The notes: generated from the letters alone by a model not told the origin. Counted from the first letter of the stretch, positions 17,599-27,397 are shown. The stretch is 40,461 bases of DNA from an uncultured bacterium (GCA_965364895.1 CBDTZL010000001.1:1-40461), one strand, 5' to 3'. Program-made: numbers and translations.

Positions 17599-18616
17599 CC
17601 TTTCCGTAACCTTCACTGCGCGCCTGACCGGAGTGGCGGGGCCGGCAGCTTTTCAGCAGCGAATGGCCCAGGAGCTCGAGCGTCGCAAGCTTGCTGTGGG
17701 ATGGAGCTTAGGTGATGCGCCGCAAGGCCCGATATTGGTGATTGGCGGGAGTCGGAACTTGATTGGCCTCAGAAAGGCTCGTCGTGCAGGTCGCCGCATC
17801 GTACAGCGACTCAATGGAATCAACTGGATGCATCGACGACTGCGCACGGGTGTCAGACACTACCTCCGAGCGGAGCGCAACAATTTGCTCCTGCGCTCGA
17901 TAAGAAACCGCTTAGCGGATCATGTGGTTTATCAAAGCCAATTTGCAAAGGACTGGTGGGAAGAGCGCTACGGACCCGCTCCTGCTCCCTCGAGCGTAGT
18001 ACACAATGGAGTTCCGTTGGACGTGTACTCCCCGGAGGGCAATGAGGCTCCGCCAGCTGATCGCATTCGGGTACTGATGGTGGAGGGAAATTTTGCGGGC
18101 GGGTACGAGTTCGGCCTTTCGGCCGGAATTGATTTATCTCAGCGGTTGGCAATGAAAACCCAGCAGAAAGTAGCACTTACCATCGCCGGACAGGTCCCGA
18201 GTCATGTGCACCAATCCATTGACTCGGACGGTGAACTGATCGTGGACTGGCGCGGAGTGGTTGAGCCGGCCGACATCCCACAGTTGGATCGCTCGGCCCA
18301 CCTCCTATTCGCAGGCGATATCCATCCTGCCTGCCCAAATTCTGTGATCGAAGCGATGGCTTGTGGGCTGCCGGTGATTGCCTACGATACAGGGGCGCTT
18401 TCCGAGCTGGTTAGTGCGAGTGCCGGCCGCGTCGTGCCCTATGGCGGAGATGCGTGGAAGCTCGAGCCGCCGGACGTGAATGGACTGGTAGAGGCCAGTC
18501 ACGCAATATTGGGAGATCAGGCTCGCTTGCGAGCCGGGGCACGGGCCCGAGCGGAAGAGGCATTTGGGTTGGAGCCCATGGTGGACGGTTACCTGGCAGC
18601 GCTTCAAGGCGGCTAG
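17591..18616 (+). CDS. Glycosyltransferase, GT4 family (glycosyl transferases group 1)
   Basis: C-terminal GT1 motif LLFAGDIHPACPNSVIEAMACGLPVIAYDTGALSELV. The start is uncertain. The GTG at 17591 overlaps the wecB stop (GTGAGTAG); the track start at 17540 lies 59 nt inside wecB. Confidence 0.75.
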   Translation: MSSLSVTFTARLTGVAGPAAFQQRMAQELERRKLAVGWSLGDAPQGPILVIGGSRNLIGLRKARRAGRRIVQRLNGINWMHRRLRTGVRHYLRAERNNLLLRSIRNRLADHVVYQSQFAKDWWEERYGPAPAPSSVVHNGVPLDVYSPEGNEAPPADRIRVLMVEGNFAGGYEFGLSAGIDLSQRLAMKTQQKVALTIAGQVPSHVHQSIDSDGELIVDWRGVVEPADIPQLDRSAHLLFAGDIHPACPNSVIEAMACGLPVIAYDTGALSELVSASAGRVVPYGGDAWKLEPPDVNGLVEASHAILGDQARLRAGARARAEEAFGLEPMVDGYLAALQGG

Positions 18617-18622
18617 CGAACC

Positions 18623-19486
18623 ATGACCTCCACTCTCGTACGCGCCACGGCACGGATCGCGCGTGCGCTTCCTCAAGGAGCGCGCAATTTCCTGTATCGA
18701 TTAGGACCTGTATCAGACGGGATCCGAAATATGCTCACGCGGGCTGCGCCGGACGAAATCGGACCAGTCGAGATCGCTGCTGGACCGCTGGCAGGAATGC
18801 AGCTGCATCTCGATTTGCGTGCGGAAAAAGACTTATGGCTGGGCACCTATGAGCCGGCCCTGATGGAGGCGATTGAGCATTTCGTTCGGCCCAATCTCAC
18901 CATGTATGACGTGGGCGCGAACATCGGATATGTGAGCCTGGTTCTGGCCAAGGCGGCAGGCCCATCCGGTCAGGTGGTGGCCTTTGAGCCGCTGCCAGCT
19001 AACCTGGTTCGTTTGCGTGCCAATATGGCCCTGAATCCGGAAGGAGGCCGCGTGCAGGTGGTGGGGGCTGCAGTCGGAGCGCGAGCCGCCGAGGCGGCAT
19101 TTATGGTGCACAAATCCGGAGGCATGGGCAAACTGCAGGCCGCTAGGGGGAGGCAGGCAGAGTACGAGGGCTCAATACCGGTCGAGGTGATTGTGCTCGA
19201 CGAGTGGACCAAGGACCATGGCAAGGCAGCTCCGGGACTCATTAAAATCGATGTGGAAGGTGGAGAAGCGGCGGTGCTCGAAGGCCTAACAGGCATGCTG
19301 CGCAGCCACCGTCCCACGATCCTGATCGAACTGCATGGTCCGGAAGCTACTTCAGCGGTACAAAACATCCTGGCATCTGCGGGCTACGCCCTTCATGCTG
19401 CGCGGGATGGGTATCCAAGGCTTGACAAGATTAGCGATTGGAAGACCTATGCGGTTGCGCACCCGGTTGATCAAGTATTGACATGA
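18623..19486 (+). CDS. FkbM-family SAM-dependent methyltransferase
   Basis: MYDVGANIGYVSLVLA, VVAFEPLPAN and LIKIDVEGGEAAVLEG match the FkbM-family pattern. Confidence 0.8.
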   Translation: MTSTLVRATARIARALPQGARNFLYRLGPVSDGIRNMLTRAAPDEIGPVEIAAGPLAGMQLHLDLRAEKDLWLGTYEPALMEAIEHFVRPNLTMYDVGANIGYVSLVLAKAAGPSGQVVAFEPLPANLVRLRANMALNPEGGRVQVVGAAVGARAAEAAFMVHKSGGMGKLQAARGRQAEYEGSIPVEVIVLDEWTKDHGKAAPGLIKIDVEGGEAAVLEGLTGMLRSHRPTILIELHGPEATSAVQNILASAGYALHAARDGYPRLDKISDWKTYAVAHPVDQVLT

Positions 19487-20559
19487 TGGTTGAAGGACAA
19501 TTCGAAGGGCGGCTTGCGTTTCAGCAGCGGGTGCTGCCGAGCTATCGCGTTGCATTCTTCGACCTTCTGGCCAGTCGCAGCACGGAAGGCCTCAGCCTCT
19601 ACGCCGGCAAGCCCCGATCGAACGAGGCGATCCAGACCGCTGACACCTTGAATGAAGCTCAATTCTGGCCCGCCCGCAACGTGCACATTCTCGGCGGCCC
19701 ACTTTATTTCTGTCTTCAGCGCGACATCATGGAGTGGATTCAGGATTGGGACCCGCACGCCCTGATCATGGAGGCCAACCCACGCTATTTATCCAGCCGC
19801 CGCGCGGCGGATTGGATGCATTCGAAGGGAAGGCCGGTCATTGGGTGGGGCCTGGGTATCGGCAGGTCGCTGGTCAACTGGAAGTCATTCCTGAAACGGT
19901 TTGACGCGTTGATTTCCTACAGCAGCCCCGGCGCAGAAGAATATCGAATTACGGGCTATCCCTCGGACCGAGTATTCGTCGCTCAAAATGCGACGACCGG
20001 ACCACCGCCCGAGCTACACGAACGAAAGGTAGCTGACACGCCACGGGTGTTATTTGTGGGGCGCCTTCAGGAACGCAAGCGTGTGAATCTGCTGCTGAAG
20101 GCGTGCAGCGCCCAAAGAATGAAGCCGGAACTATGGATTGTCGGTGACGGGCCGGAACGGACCGACCTTGAGCACATGGCTGCAAAGGTGTACCCAAAGG
20201 CAAAATTCACGGGTGCGCAATACGGGAAGGAGCTCGAAGACATCTTTCGGCAGGCCGATTTATTCGTCCTTCCGGGTACGGGGGGCCTGGCCGTGCAACA
20301 GGCGATGGCTCATTCGCTCCCGGTGATCGTGGCCGAAGCCGACGGATCGCAAAGGGATCTGGTGAGCAGTCAGAATGGTTGGATCGTTCCCCCTGGGGAT
20401 CTAAATGCGCTCATCGGGGCGCTCAGTGACGCTCTTGACCATCCAGACAAGCTGCCGAAAATGGGTGCGGCCTCTCGCAAGGTCGTTGCCGAACGAGTAA
20501 ACATCGAGCTGATGGCCGAAATGTTTATTAAGGTCGTGAATCAGGCGAGGCAGATGTGA
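19483..20559 (+). CDS. Glycosyltransferase, GT4 family
   Basis: VLFVGRLQERKRVNLLLKA ... ADLFVLPGTGGLAVQQAMAHSLPVIVAEADGSQRDLV. ATGA start/stop overlap with the preceding gene (19483-19486). Confidence 0.8.
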   Translation: MMVEGQFEGRLAFQQRVLPSYRVAFFDLLASRSTEGLSLYAGKPRSNEAIQTADTLNEAQFWPARNVHILGGPLYFCLQRDIMEWIQDWDPHALIMEANPRYLSSRRAADWMHSKGRPVIGWGLGIGRSLVNWKSFLKRFDALISYSSPGAEEYRITGYPSDRVFVAQNATTGPPPELHERKVADTPRVLFVGRLQERKRVNLLLKACSAQRMKPELWIVGDGPERTDLEHMAAKVYPKAKFTGAQYGKELEDIFRQADLFVLPGTGGLAVQQAMAHSLPVIVAEADGSQRDLVSSQNGWIVPPGDLNALIGALSDALDHPDKLPKMGAASRKVVAERVNIELMAEMFIKVVNQARQM

Positions 20560-21824
20560 AGCTGCTGTTCATCGCTGACGGCAGAAGCCCCATAGCCCGA
20601 AATTGGATCCGCTATTTCATCGCAAACGGATCGGAAGTTCATTTGATCTCGACCTTTGATTGCGGCCGGCTCTGCGGACTTAAAACATTTCACGTCGTAC
20701 CTGTCGCCTTCAGTGGGATTGGTCGCCCGACGCGAAAGCGAACTTGGGGGCGCGACAAGGGGCGCAATCAAGGGCAGAAGGACGGTCGGAATATCCGGCA
20801 ATCTGGTTGGCGGACAAGCGCGTTCACATCGTCAAAGACGATCGGGCTGCGCACATTTATCCGCCACTGGATCGGACCTGCTACAGTCAACCGATCTGCC
20901 AGGAAGGTTCGGACTCTAATTTCTGAGCTAAAGCCCGATCTGGTGCACGCGATGCGCATCCCCTTCGAGGGTGCCATTGCGGCGGCTTCCAATCCAGAGG
21001 CTCCGCTCCTGGTCTCGATATGGGGCAACGATTTCACCCTTCACGCACCCGCTTCACCAATGATGGGCAGCCTCACGAAGCGCTCGCTGGCACGAACCAA
21101 CGCGCTGCACACGGACAACCGTCGCGATACGGATCTTGCTAAGAAGTGGGGCTTTGCCGGCGAGCGTCTCCAATTGGTCCTGCCAAGCAATGGGGGTGTT
21201 CGAAAAGAGATCTTTTACCCGGGAGATCCGGGTCAATCGGAACACCCAGCGCTCACATACGTCCTCGAAACGCTGGCGCCCGGAGTGCCGGTGGTAGTCA
21301 ACCCGCGCGGTTTTCGAGCCTACGTGAGGAACGACACCTTCTTCAAGTCGATTCCGAAACTTCTAGATCGGGTGCCCTCGGCGGTTTTCCTTTGCCCGAG
21401 CATGGCCGGACAGCGTAAGGCCGAAGAATGGATCGAGCGGCTTCAAATCGGCGACTCGGTGCACTTGCTGCCTACACTAACTCCTTCTGACCTTGCGGTG
21501 GTTTTCCGTAGGGCGCAAGTATCCATATCGCCCAGCGAGCATGATGGCACGCCGAATACACTGCTGGAAGCCATGGCCTGTGGCGCCTATCCTGTGGCGG
21601 GCGATCTCCAATCGATTCGAGAATGGATCGAGGATGGCAAGAACGGCACCCTGGTAAACCCAGCGAGCGCGGATCAGTTGGCGGAAGCCACGGCTCAAGC
21701 GCTTGAGAATACCGAATTGAGAGATCGAGCTGGGGCGGAAAATATCCGTCTTGTCGAGACGAGAGCAGACTACAAACAGGGAATGCAGAAGGCGCAAGCA
21801 TTTTACGAGCAGCTATTAGCATAA
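20556..21824 (+). CDS. Glycosyltransferase, GT4 family, with a ~40-aa basic low-complexity insert in the N-terminal domain
   Basis: VSISPSEHDGTPNTLLEAMACGAYPVAGDLQSIREWIEDGKNG. GTGA overlap with the preceding gene (20556-20559). The insert is GRPTRKRTWGRDKGRNQGQKDGRNIRQSGWRTSAF. Confidence 0.8.
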   Translation: MKLLFIADGRSPIARNWIRYFIANGSEVHLISTFDCGRLCGLKTFHVVPVAFSGIGRPTRKRTWGRDKGRNQGQKDGRNIRQSGWRTSAFTSSKTIGLRTFIRHWIGPATVNRSARKVRTLISELKPDLVHAMRIPFEGAIAAASNPEAPLLVSIWGNDFTLHAPASPMMGSLTKRSLARTNALHTDNRRDTDLAKKWGFAGERLQLVLPSNGGVRKEIFYPGDPGQSEHPALTYVLETLAPGVPVVVNPRGFRAYVRNDTFFKSIPKLLDRVPSAVFLCPSMAGQRKAEEWIERLQIGDSVHLLPTLTPSDLAVVFRRAQVSISPSEHDGTPNTLLEAMACGAYPVAGDLQSIREWIEDGKNGTLVNPASADQLAEATAQALENTELRDRAGAENIRLVETRADYKQGMQKAQAFYEQLLA

Positions 21825-21971
21825 ACAGATGTGGGCGACTGAGCGCGCGTGCAGCTCGGCCGCCGCGACGCGAACTCGAAAACCCATTGAATCGCTAATG
21901 CCAGCATCAAAGCTCCTGCTCGCAACATCAAGTACTGCCGTCCGATCTCCTGTAAAATCACGGGCTGATTT

Positions 21972-24119
21972 ATGAAACAAGTGGTGCAAAACCTTCAATC
22001 CGACCAGCCTGACGTGCTGGACGTGCCTGTACCCAGCCCCGCGCCAGGTACGGCGTTGATCCGGACCGTGGCATCTTTTGTTTCCGCAGGCACAGAACGC
22101 ACCGTGATTGAATTCGCCGGCAAGGGAATGATCGGCAAGGCACGCGCCCGGCCGGATCTTGTGCGGCAAACAATCGACAAAGTGCGTCAGGATGGGCTGC
22201 TCAACACATTGCAGGCCGTACGCAGTCGTTTAGATCAACCGCTCCCGCTTGGCTATTCCTCTGCCGGTATTGTTGAAGAGCTTGGTGAAGGGATTACGAG
22301 CTTGCGCCCCGGCGACCGCGTGGCTTGCGCAGGCGGGCACGCGGTACATGCCGAATTCGCTTCTGTCCCCGAGAAAATGATTGCCAAACTTCCGGAATCG
22401 GTCGATTTTGAATCGGGAGCGGCTGCCACTCTGGGCTCGGTTGCGCTGCACGCCTTCCGCTTGTCAGAAGTGCAAGTCGGGGAGCGCGTCGCGGTGATAG
22501 GGCTCGGGCTTCTCGGTCAGCTCGCGCTCCAGATCGCTGGCGCGGCGGGTTGCGAAGAGTTTGGTGTGGATGTTGATGAGGCAAGGGTGGAGCTGGCAAG
22601 AAGTGTTGGCGGTAGAGCGGTAAGCCGTGAACAAGCGGTCGAATCCGGAAAAGCCCTCACCGGCGGCGAAGGATTTGATGCCATCCTGATCTGCGCCCAC
22701 ACTGACGATAACGACCCACTGGAATTGGCGGCCGCGCTGGCGCGCGACCGAGCAACGGTGGTGCTGGTCGGCGTGGTCGGGATGGAGATCCCGCGTAAGC
22801 CCTACTATGACAAGGAATTGAAGTTTGTTGTGTCTCGCTCCTATGGGCCGGGCCGCTATGATCCGACCTACGAAGAAATGGGAGTCGATTACCCCATCGG
22901 CTACGTACGCTGGACCGAGGGGAGAAACATCGAGAGCTTTCTGGATCTGATCGCGACCAATAAGGTTCAGGTTACCCCGCTCATTACGCATCGTTTCCCG
23001 GTCGAAAACGCCGATCAGGCATATCAGCAGATAACCGAAGGCTCTGAGGAGCCGACGCTCGGTGTGGTGCTCACCTACGCAGAGAAAGCGCCAGCGGAGC
23101 GCCGGATCACCCTGTCGGATCGAGCCCGCAAGGACCGCTTGGTCAAGCTTGGCGCTCTGGGCGCCGGGAATTTTGCGAGGAACGTGACCTTTCCGGCATT
23201 AAAAGGAATGAACGAGGTCGAGCTCATTGGATTGGCGACCGGAAGTGGGGTCAGCGCCACCGGTTCTGGTAAGCGCTACGGGTTTGCCTACGCCTCGACA
23301 GAAGCGGCCGAGGTCATCCATGATGAATCAATCAATAGCGTGGCCGTGCTTACTCGACACCATCTGCACGCTGGCCAGTCGGCGGACGCACTTCGTGCCG
23401 GCAAGCACGTTTTCTGTGAAAAACCGCTGGCAATTGATGTCGAAGGCCTGGAGGACGTGGTTGATGCATTGAAAGATGCGGAAGGCTTGCTGACGGTTGG
23501 CTTTAACCGCCGATTCGCTCCGATGGGCATTCAGATGCGTAAATTCATGTCGCAAGCCGGTGAACCGCTATCCGTGCACTATCGGGTGAACGCGGGATCG
23601 CTGCCCAGCGACCATTGGGTCCACGATCCAGATCAGGGCGGAGGCCGCATCATCGGAGAGGTCTGTCACTTTATTGACTATTTGACGTTCTTGATCGGAG
23701 CGCTCCCCGAGCAGGTGCTTACGCAAGGGATTCCCGGCGGACAGGGAGAGAACGTACACATTATCGCTCGCTTCCCAGACGGTTCGGTTGGAACTGTGGA
23801 TTACCTGGCAAGTGGCGATAAGACCTTCCCGAAAGAGCGCGTGGAAGCCTTTGGCGGCGGAAGGGTGGCAGTACTCGATGACTTCCGCGGCCTGGAGCTG
23901 GTCAGCGGTGGCAAGGCGAATCGATCAAAGTCCAGTCAAGACAAGGGGCACCGTGCGATCTGGCAGGCATTCGCGGCGGCCATTCGTGAAGGCGGGCCGG
24001 CTCCCATTCCAACCCACGAGCTGGTGGGTGTGACCCAGACCACCTTTGCTGTGGTTGAATCGCTCCGTACCGGCCGTTCCATTGAAATCAAGCCGCTTCC
24101 AGGAGCGGAATTGCGCTAG
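21972..24119 (+). CDS. Bi-domain oxidoreductase: N-terminal MDR/alcohol-dehydrogenase-like domain fused to C-terminal Gfo/Idh/MocA NAD(P)-oxidoreductase
   Basis: 715 aa. The N-terminal half has GroES-like and Rossmann parts (GERVAVIGLGLLGQLALQIA), but GYSSAG replaces the Zn-ligand GHE motif. The C-terminal half has LGALGAGNFARNV ... CEKPLA ... GFNRRFAP, typical of Gfo/Idh/MocA. Confidence 0.8.
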   Translation: MKQVVQNLQSDQPDVLDVPVPSPAPGTALIRTVASFVSAGTERTVIEFAGKGMIGKARARPDLVRQTIDKVRQDGLLNTLQAVRSRLDQPLPLGYSSAGIVEELGEGITSLRPGDRVACAGGHAVHAEFASVPEKMIAKLPESVDFESGAAATLGSVALHAFRLSEVQVGERVAVIGLGLLGQLALQIAGAAGCEEFGVDVDEARVELARSVGGRAVSREQAVESGKALTGGEGFDAILICAHTDDNDPLELAAALARDRATVVLVGVVGMEIPRKPYYDKELKFVVSRSYGPGRYDPTYEEMGVDYPIGYVRWTEGRNIESFLDLIATNKVQVTPLITHRFPVENADQAYQQITEGSEEPTLGVVLTYAEKAPAERRITLSDRARKDRLVKLGALGAGNFARNVTFPALKGMNEVELIGLATGSGVSATGSGKRYGFAYASTEAAEVIHDESINSVAVLTRHHLHAGQSADALRAGKHVFCEKPLAIDVEGLEDVVDALKDAEGLLTVGFNRRFAPMGIQMRKFMSQAGEPLSVHYRVNAGSLPSDHWVHDPDQGGGRIIGEVCHFIDYLTFLIGALPEQVLTQGIPGGQGENVHIIARFPDGSVGTVDYLASGDKTFPKERVEAFGGGRVAVLDDFRGLELVSGGKANRSKSSQDKGHRAIWQAFAAAIREGGPAPIPTHELVGVTQTTFAVVESLRTGRSIEIKPLPGAELR

Positions 24120-24147
24120 CAATTCAAAAGAACCCTCTTACCACCCC

Positions 24148-26388
24148 ATGACCCCGCGCAGCAGGCTCCTGATTCCAGCCATTCGAGAGCTCGGAATTGC
24201 GGACCTATTCCAATACGGAATTTACCAAATTGGAGTGCGGTCCGGCCGTCTCCGCCGCAGTACCCCGCTGTATCGCTGGAGCGACCGACCGTTGGAAACC
24301 TGGCTCAGCACCGAAACCTCGCTTAAGCATGTGCTGTCAGATAGGCAGCCGTTTTTCTTCGAGAACAGTGAAGCATTCAAGCAAAGGCTGCAACGCTTTC
24401 CCTCTGAGGATATACGGCGTGAGGCGGACGAGATACTCGCCGGTAAGTTTCGTCTCTTCGGGGGGCCGCCGGTTGATCTTGGCTCCCCTCCGGACTGGAG
24501 CCGCATCCCCCTGACGGGTGAGCAAGATACCATCCCACTTGAGAAACATTGGACCGAAAACGAAAGTGAGAGCGGAAAAGACCTGCGTCTACTCTGGGAG
24601 CAGGCCCGGTTTGGCTGGGCCTTTACCCTGTGTCGGGCCTACCAATTTACCGGTGAACCGCGTTATGCAGCGGGCGTTTTGGAGCTTTTGTTATCCTGGA
24701 TGGAGAGCAATCCGCCCAATCACGGCCCTCATTGGGGTTCTGGGCAGGAATCAGCGCTCAGAATCCTGGCACTGACTTTCGCCTGGTACGCACTCGAAGA
24801 CTACCTGGAAGCTGCTCAAGCTGATGCAGCCCAAATCCTGTTGGCGCTGGCGGTCCATGCAGAGCGAATTCCACCGACCATCTCTTACGCCCGGGCACAG
24901 AGAAATAACCATCTTCTGTCCGAAGCGGTGGGCTTATACAGCGTGGGACTGCTCATGCCATGGTTTAAGCAAGCTTCAGAATGGAAGCGGTTGGGTCGGA
25001 AATGGCTGATCCAGGCTCTGGACGACCAGGTGTTTGACGACGGAGGATACATTCAGTATTCGACGAACTATCAACGGTTGGCATTAAGTGCCGGCCTGTG
25101 GGCCGCGCGGCTTGCCGAAATCCATGCCGAGCCTTTGCCCGCTCAAACATTAGGCGAGCTGCGGAAGATGACCCAGTTCCTCCTCTCATTGTGCGACGCG
25201 CAGAACGGCACGCCTCCAAATTGGGGCCACAACGACGGCTCAAACATCCTTCCACTGTCCTCCGGCCTGCAAAACGACTATCGACCGGTGCTGCAGGCAG
25301 CCTGCCGGCAGTTGCTGGGGGCACCAGCTTTTGGCTCGGGGGCATGGGATGAAATGAGCCTTTGGCTCGGAGTGAGGGAACAGGGCCAAGATGAGAGAGT
25401 GGGTGCAGGCCGAGAGATTCCTGCCAGCGCCCAGGTAGACAGCACCCGAGTTCAGAGCCTGGCGGCAGGAGTAGATTTGCCGGAGGGCGGCGGCGAAGGG
25501 CGGCGAAGTAGGTTGGGCGACGAATCTGGCGCGGCTGCGGCTGCTGAGACGATGGCCACTGACTTTCCAGACACCGGCCTGTACTTGATGCGGGGAGCTA
25601 GCTCGTGGGCGATGCTCCGGAGTGCGCGGTTTGCCGCGCGTCCGGCCCACTCCGATCAACTGCACATGGACCTGTGGTGGAATGGCCAAAATATCGCTCG
25701 GGATGCCGGCACCTACCGCTACACGACCTCACCTCCCTGGGAAAACGCGTTTTCCAGCGCGGCTGCCCACAACACGCTCACGGCAGACGGCCGGGAGCCG
25801 ATGGACCGAGCCGGGAGATTTCTTTGGCTGAACTGGTCGGACGCCCGCTACCTGGGTCGTTGGCAGGCGGAGGACGAGTCTGTTCAGGCGCTGGCTGCCG
25901 AGCATCCGCTGAAAGGCGGCCTCAAGCACCGACGCAGCGTCGTGCAAGCGGGGGCTTCCATGTGGATCGTGCTTGATGAGCTGATCGGTTCGGGGACCAG
26001 CACGGAGCAACATCGAGCGCGCCTGGCATGGAGCCTTGTAGACTGGCCATGGGAGCTTGACGCTCAGAGCCTCAAATTGCAGGGAGAGCAGGGCCCCGTC
26101 CAGTTGCGCCTGACACCGGGCATGGACGACATCGCGCTTTATCGAGCGGGAAAGATCGTGGCTGGCGAGAAGCAGCCCAAGGAGGACTCCGATGTGTTGG
26201 GCTGGTGGTCCCCCACGTACGGATACAAGGAGCCAGCGCTTACACTGGTGGCTACGGTGGAGGGCTCGCTGCCCCTGCGTCTCACGAGCTGGTGGCGCCT
26301 TGGAGATGTGGAGCCGCAAGATCTCGTGCTTGAATTGGATAACCTCCAGGACGATCCTCTCATGGCCTTTCTGAGCAGCGGACGATGA
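24148..26388 (+). CDS. Heparinase II/III-family (alginate-lyase-fold) protein, no signal peptide
   Basis: AHSDQLHMDLWWNGQNIARDAGTYRYT and AAHNTLTADG match the Hepar_II_III C-terminal pattern; the N-terminal half is an alpha/alpha-toroid-like region (NNHLLSEAVGLY). I prefer the ATG at 24148 (MTPRSRLLIP), which lies after the upstream stop at 24119. There is a low-complexity insert around 25370-25560. Confidence 0.8.
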   Translation: MTPRSRLLIPAIRELGIADLFQYGIYQIGVRSGRLRRSTPLYRWSDRPLETWLSTETSLKHVLSDRQPFFFENSEAFKQRLQRFPSEDIRREADEILAGKFRLFGGPPVDLGSPPDWSRIPLTGEQDTIPLEKHWTENESESGKDLRLLWEQARFGWAFTLCRAYQFTGEPRYAAGVLELLLSWMESNPPNHGPHWGSGQESALRILALTFAWYALEDYLEAAQADAAQILLALAVHAERIPPTISYARAQRNNHLLSEAVGLYSVGLLMPWFKQASEWKRLGRKWLIQALDDQVFDDGGYIQYSTNYQRLALSAGLWAARLAEIHAEPLPAQTLGELRKMTQFLLSLCDAQNGTPPNWGHNDGSNILPLSSGLQNDYRPVLQAACRQLLGAPAFGSGAWDEMSLWLGVREQGQDERVGAGREIPASAQVDSTRVQSLAAGVDLPEGGGEGRRSRLGDESGAAAAAETMATDFPDTGLYLMRGASSWAMLRSARFAARPAHSDQLHMDLWWNGQNIARDAGTYRYTTSPPWENAFSSAAAHNTLTADGREPMDRAGRFLWLNWSDARYLGRWQAEDESVQALAAEHPLKGGLKHRRSVVQAGASMWIVLDELIGSGTSTEQHRARLAWSLVDWPWELDAQSLKLQGEQGPVQLRLTPGMDDIALYRAGKIVAGEKQPKEDSDVLGWWSPTYGYKEPALTLVATVEGSLPLRLTSWWRLGDVEPQDLVLELDNLQDDPLMAFLSSGR

Positions 26389-26987
26389 TCGCAACCCCCC
26401 TTCGAAAGCGGTTCTTTGATCTGGCGTTGACCGTGCCAGGTCTGATTCTGATCAGCCCTGTACTGGCAGTGATCGCCATTGCGGTGCGAATTGCGCTTGG
26501 GCCCCCGGTGCTCTTCCGTCAACGACGCCCTGGCCTGATGGCGCGGCCCTTTGTCCTGTACAAATTCCGTACGATGTCGGATGAAATGGACACAGAAGGA
26601 AATCTAATGCCGGACGCTGTGCGGCTGACCCGTCTGGGGCGATTGCTTCGCTCCTTTAGCCTGGATGAGCTGCCAGAGCTGCTGAACGTAATCAAAGGGG
26701 AAATGAGCCTGGTGGGGCCCAGGCCGCTCTTGATGCGCTACCTCGAACGCTACAGCGCCGAGCAGGCACGTCGACACGACGTACTGCCTGGAATCACCGG
26801 CTGGACACAGGTGAACGGGCGCAACGCCAACACGTGGGAGCAGAAATTCGAATACGACGTTTGGTATGTAGACCACCGGTCCGTTCGCCTGGATGCCAAG
26901 ATTCTGCTGATTACCCTTTGGAAGGTGCTCACAAGGGAGGGAATCAGCCAACCCGGTCAGGCGACGGCCGAGGAGTTTATGGGCTAA
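26385..26987 (+). CDS. Small (monotopic, PglC/WbaP-C-terminal-type) initiating sugar-phosphate transferase (bacterial sugar transferase family)
   Basis: KRFFDLALTVPGLILISPVLAVIAIAV (re-entrant helix), LYKFRTM, DELPELLNVIKGEMSLVGPRP; 200 aa. ATGA overlap with the upstream gene (26385-26388). Confidence 0.88.
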   Translation: MIATPLRKRFFDLALTVPGLILISPVLAVIAIAVRIALGPPVLFRQRRPGLMARPFVLYKFRTMSDEMDTEGNLMPDAVRLTRLGRLLRSFSLDELPELLNVIKGEMSLVGPRPLLMRYLERYSAEQARRHDVLPGITGWTQVNGRNANTWEQKFEYDVWYVDHRSVRLDAKILLITLWKVLTREGISQPGQATAEEFMG

Positions 26988-27133
26988 ATGGCCTGCTTTG
27001 GAATCGTGATGCCGCAAGCGGCGGAAGAATTCATGGGGTAGGGCGGAAAAGCGCAACATCTAGGGGGGGAGTAAACACGAACCCGTAATGGCAAGAGCCA
27101 GAACGTTTGTGCTGAATCCTGATCTTTTATGAC

Positions 27134-27162
27134 TTGCACGCGATTCAAAGGGGCGGTAGTAT
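27134..27162 (+). promoter_or_regulatory. Sigma-70-type promoter candidate for the small gene
   Basis: TTGCAC (27134-27139), a 17-nt spacer, then TAGTAT (27157-27162), in the 218-nt gap after the sugar transferase gene. Confidence 0.5.
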
Positions 27163-27205
27163 TTGGCCGGTTAGGTCCAACCCTTTGACCATGGAGGATA
27201 TAAAA

Positions 27206-27397
27206 ATGAAGGAATCGCTCGATTTTTACGATATCAAGGAAAAGAACAAGTTTCCATCGACGGATTGGCGCGTTGAGGCCAAGACCTCAGGCAACAGGAC
27301 ACGCTACTTCGCAGTAGCCCCCGTGCCAACTGATCCCGGGCGCGAAGCCTGGAGAATCATCAGCAAGGATTTCGCCACAGCAAATACCGAAGGCTAA
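27206..27397 (+). CDS. 63-aa soluble protein of unknown function (MKESLDFYDIKEKNKFPSTDWRVEAKTSGNRTRYFAVAPVPTDPGREAWRIISKDFATANTEG)
   Basis: ATG at 27206 preceded by GGAGGA (27193-27198, 7-nt spacing), with its own promoter upstream and a strong hairpin terminator downstream. The track start at 27134 (TTG) coincides with the -35 box and is rejected. Confidence 0.7.
   Translation: MKESLDFYDIKEKNKFPSTDWRVEAKTSGNRTRYFAVAPVPTDPGREAWRIISKDFATANTEG

Noticed and set aside
27063-27069. G7 homopolymer upstream of the small-gene promoter, and a C7 tract (33945-33951) in the PPIase lipoprotein N-terminus, as possible phase-variation tracts
   Set aside because: At this GC content, runs of 7 G or C are expected by chance several times in 40 kb. 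There are no longer tracts and no evidence of length heterogeneity from a single sequence.
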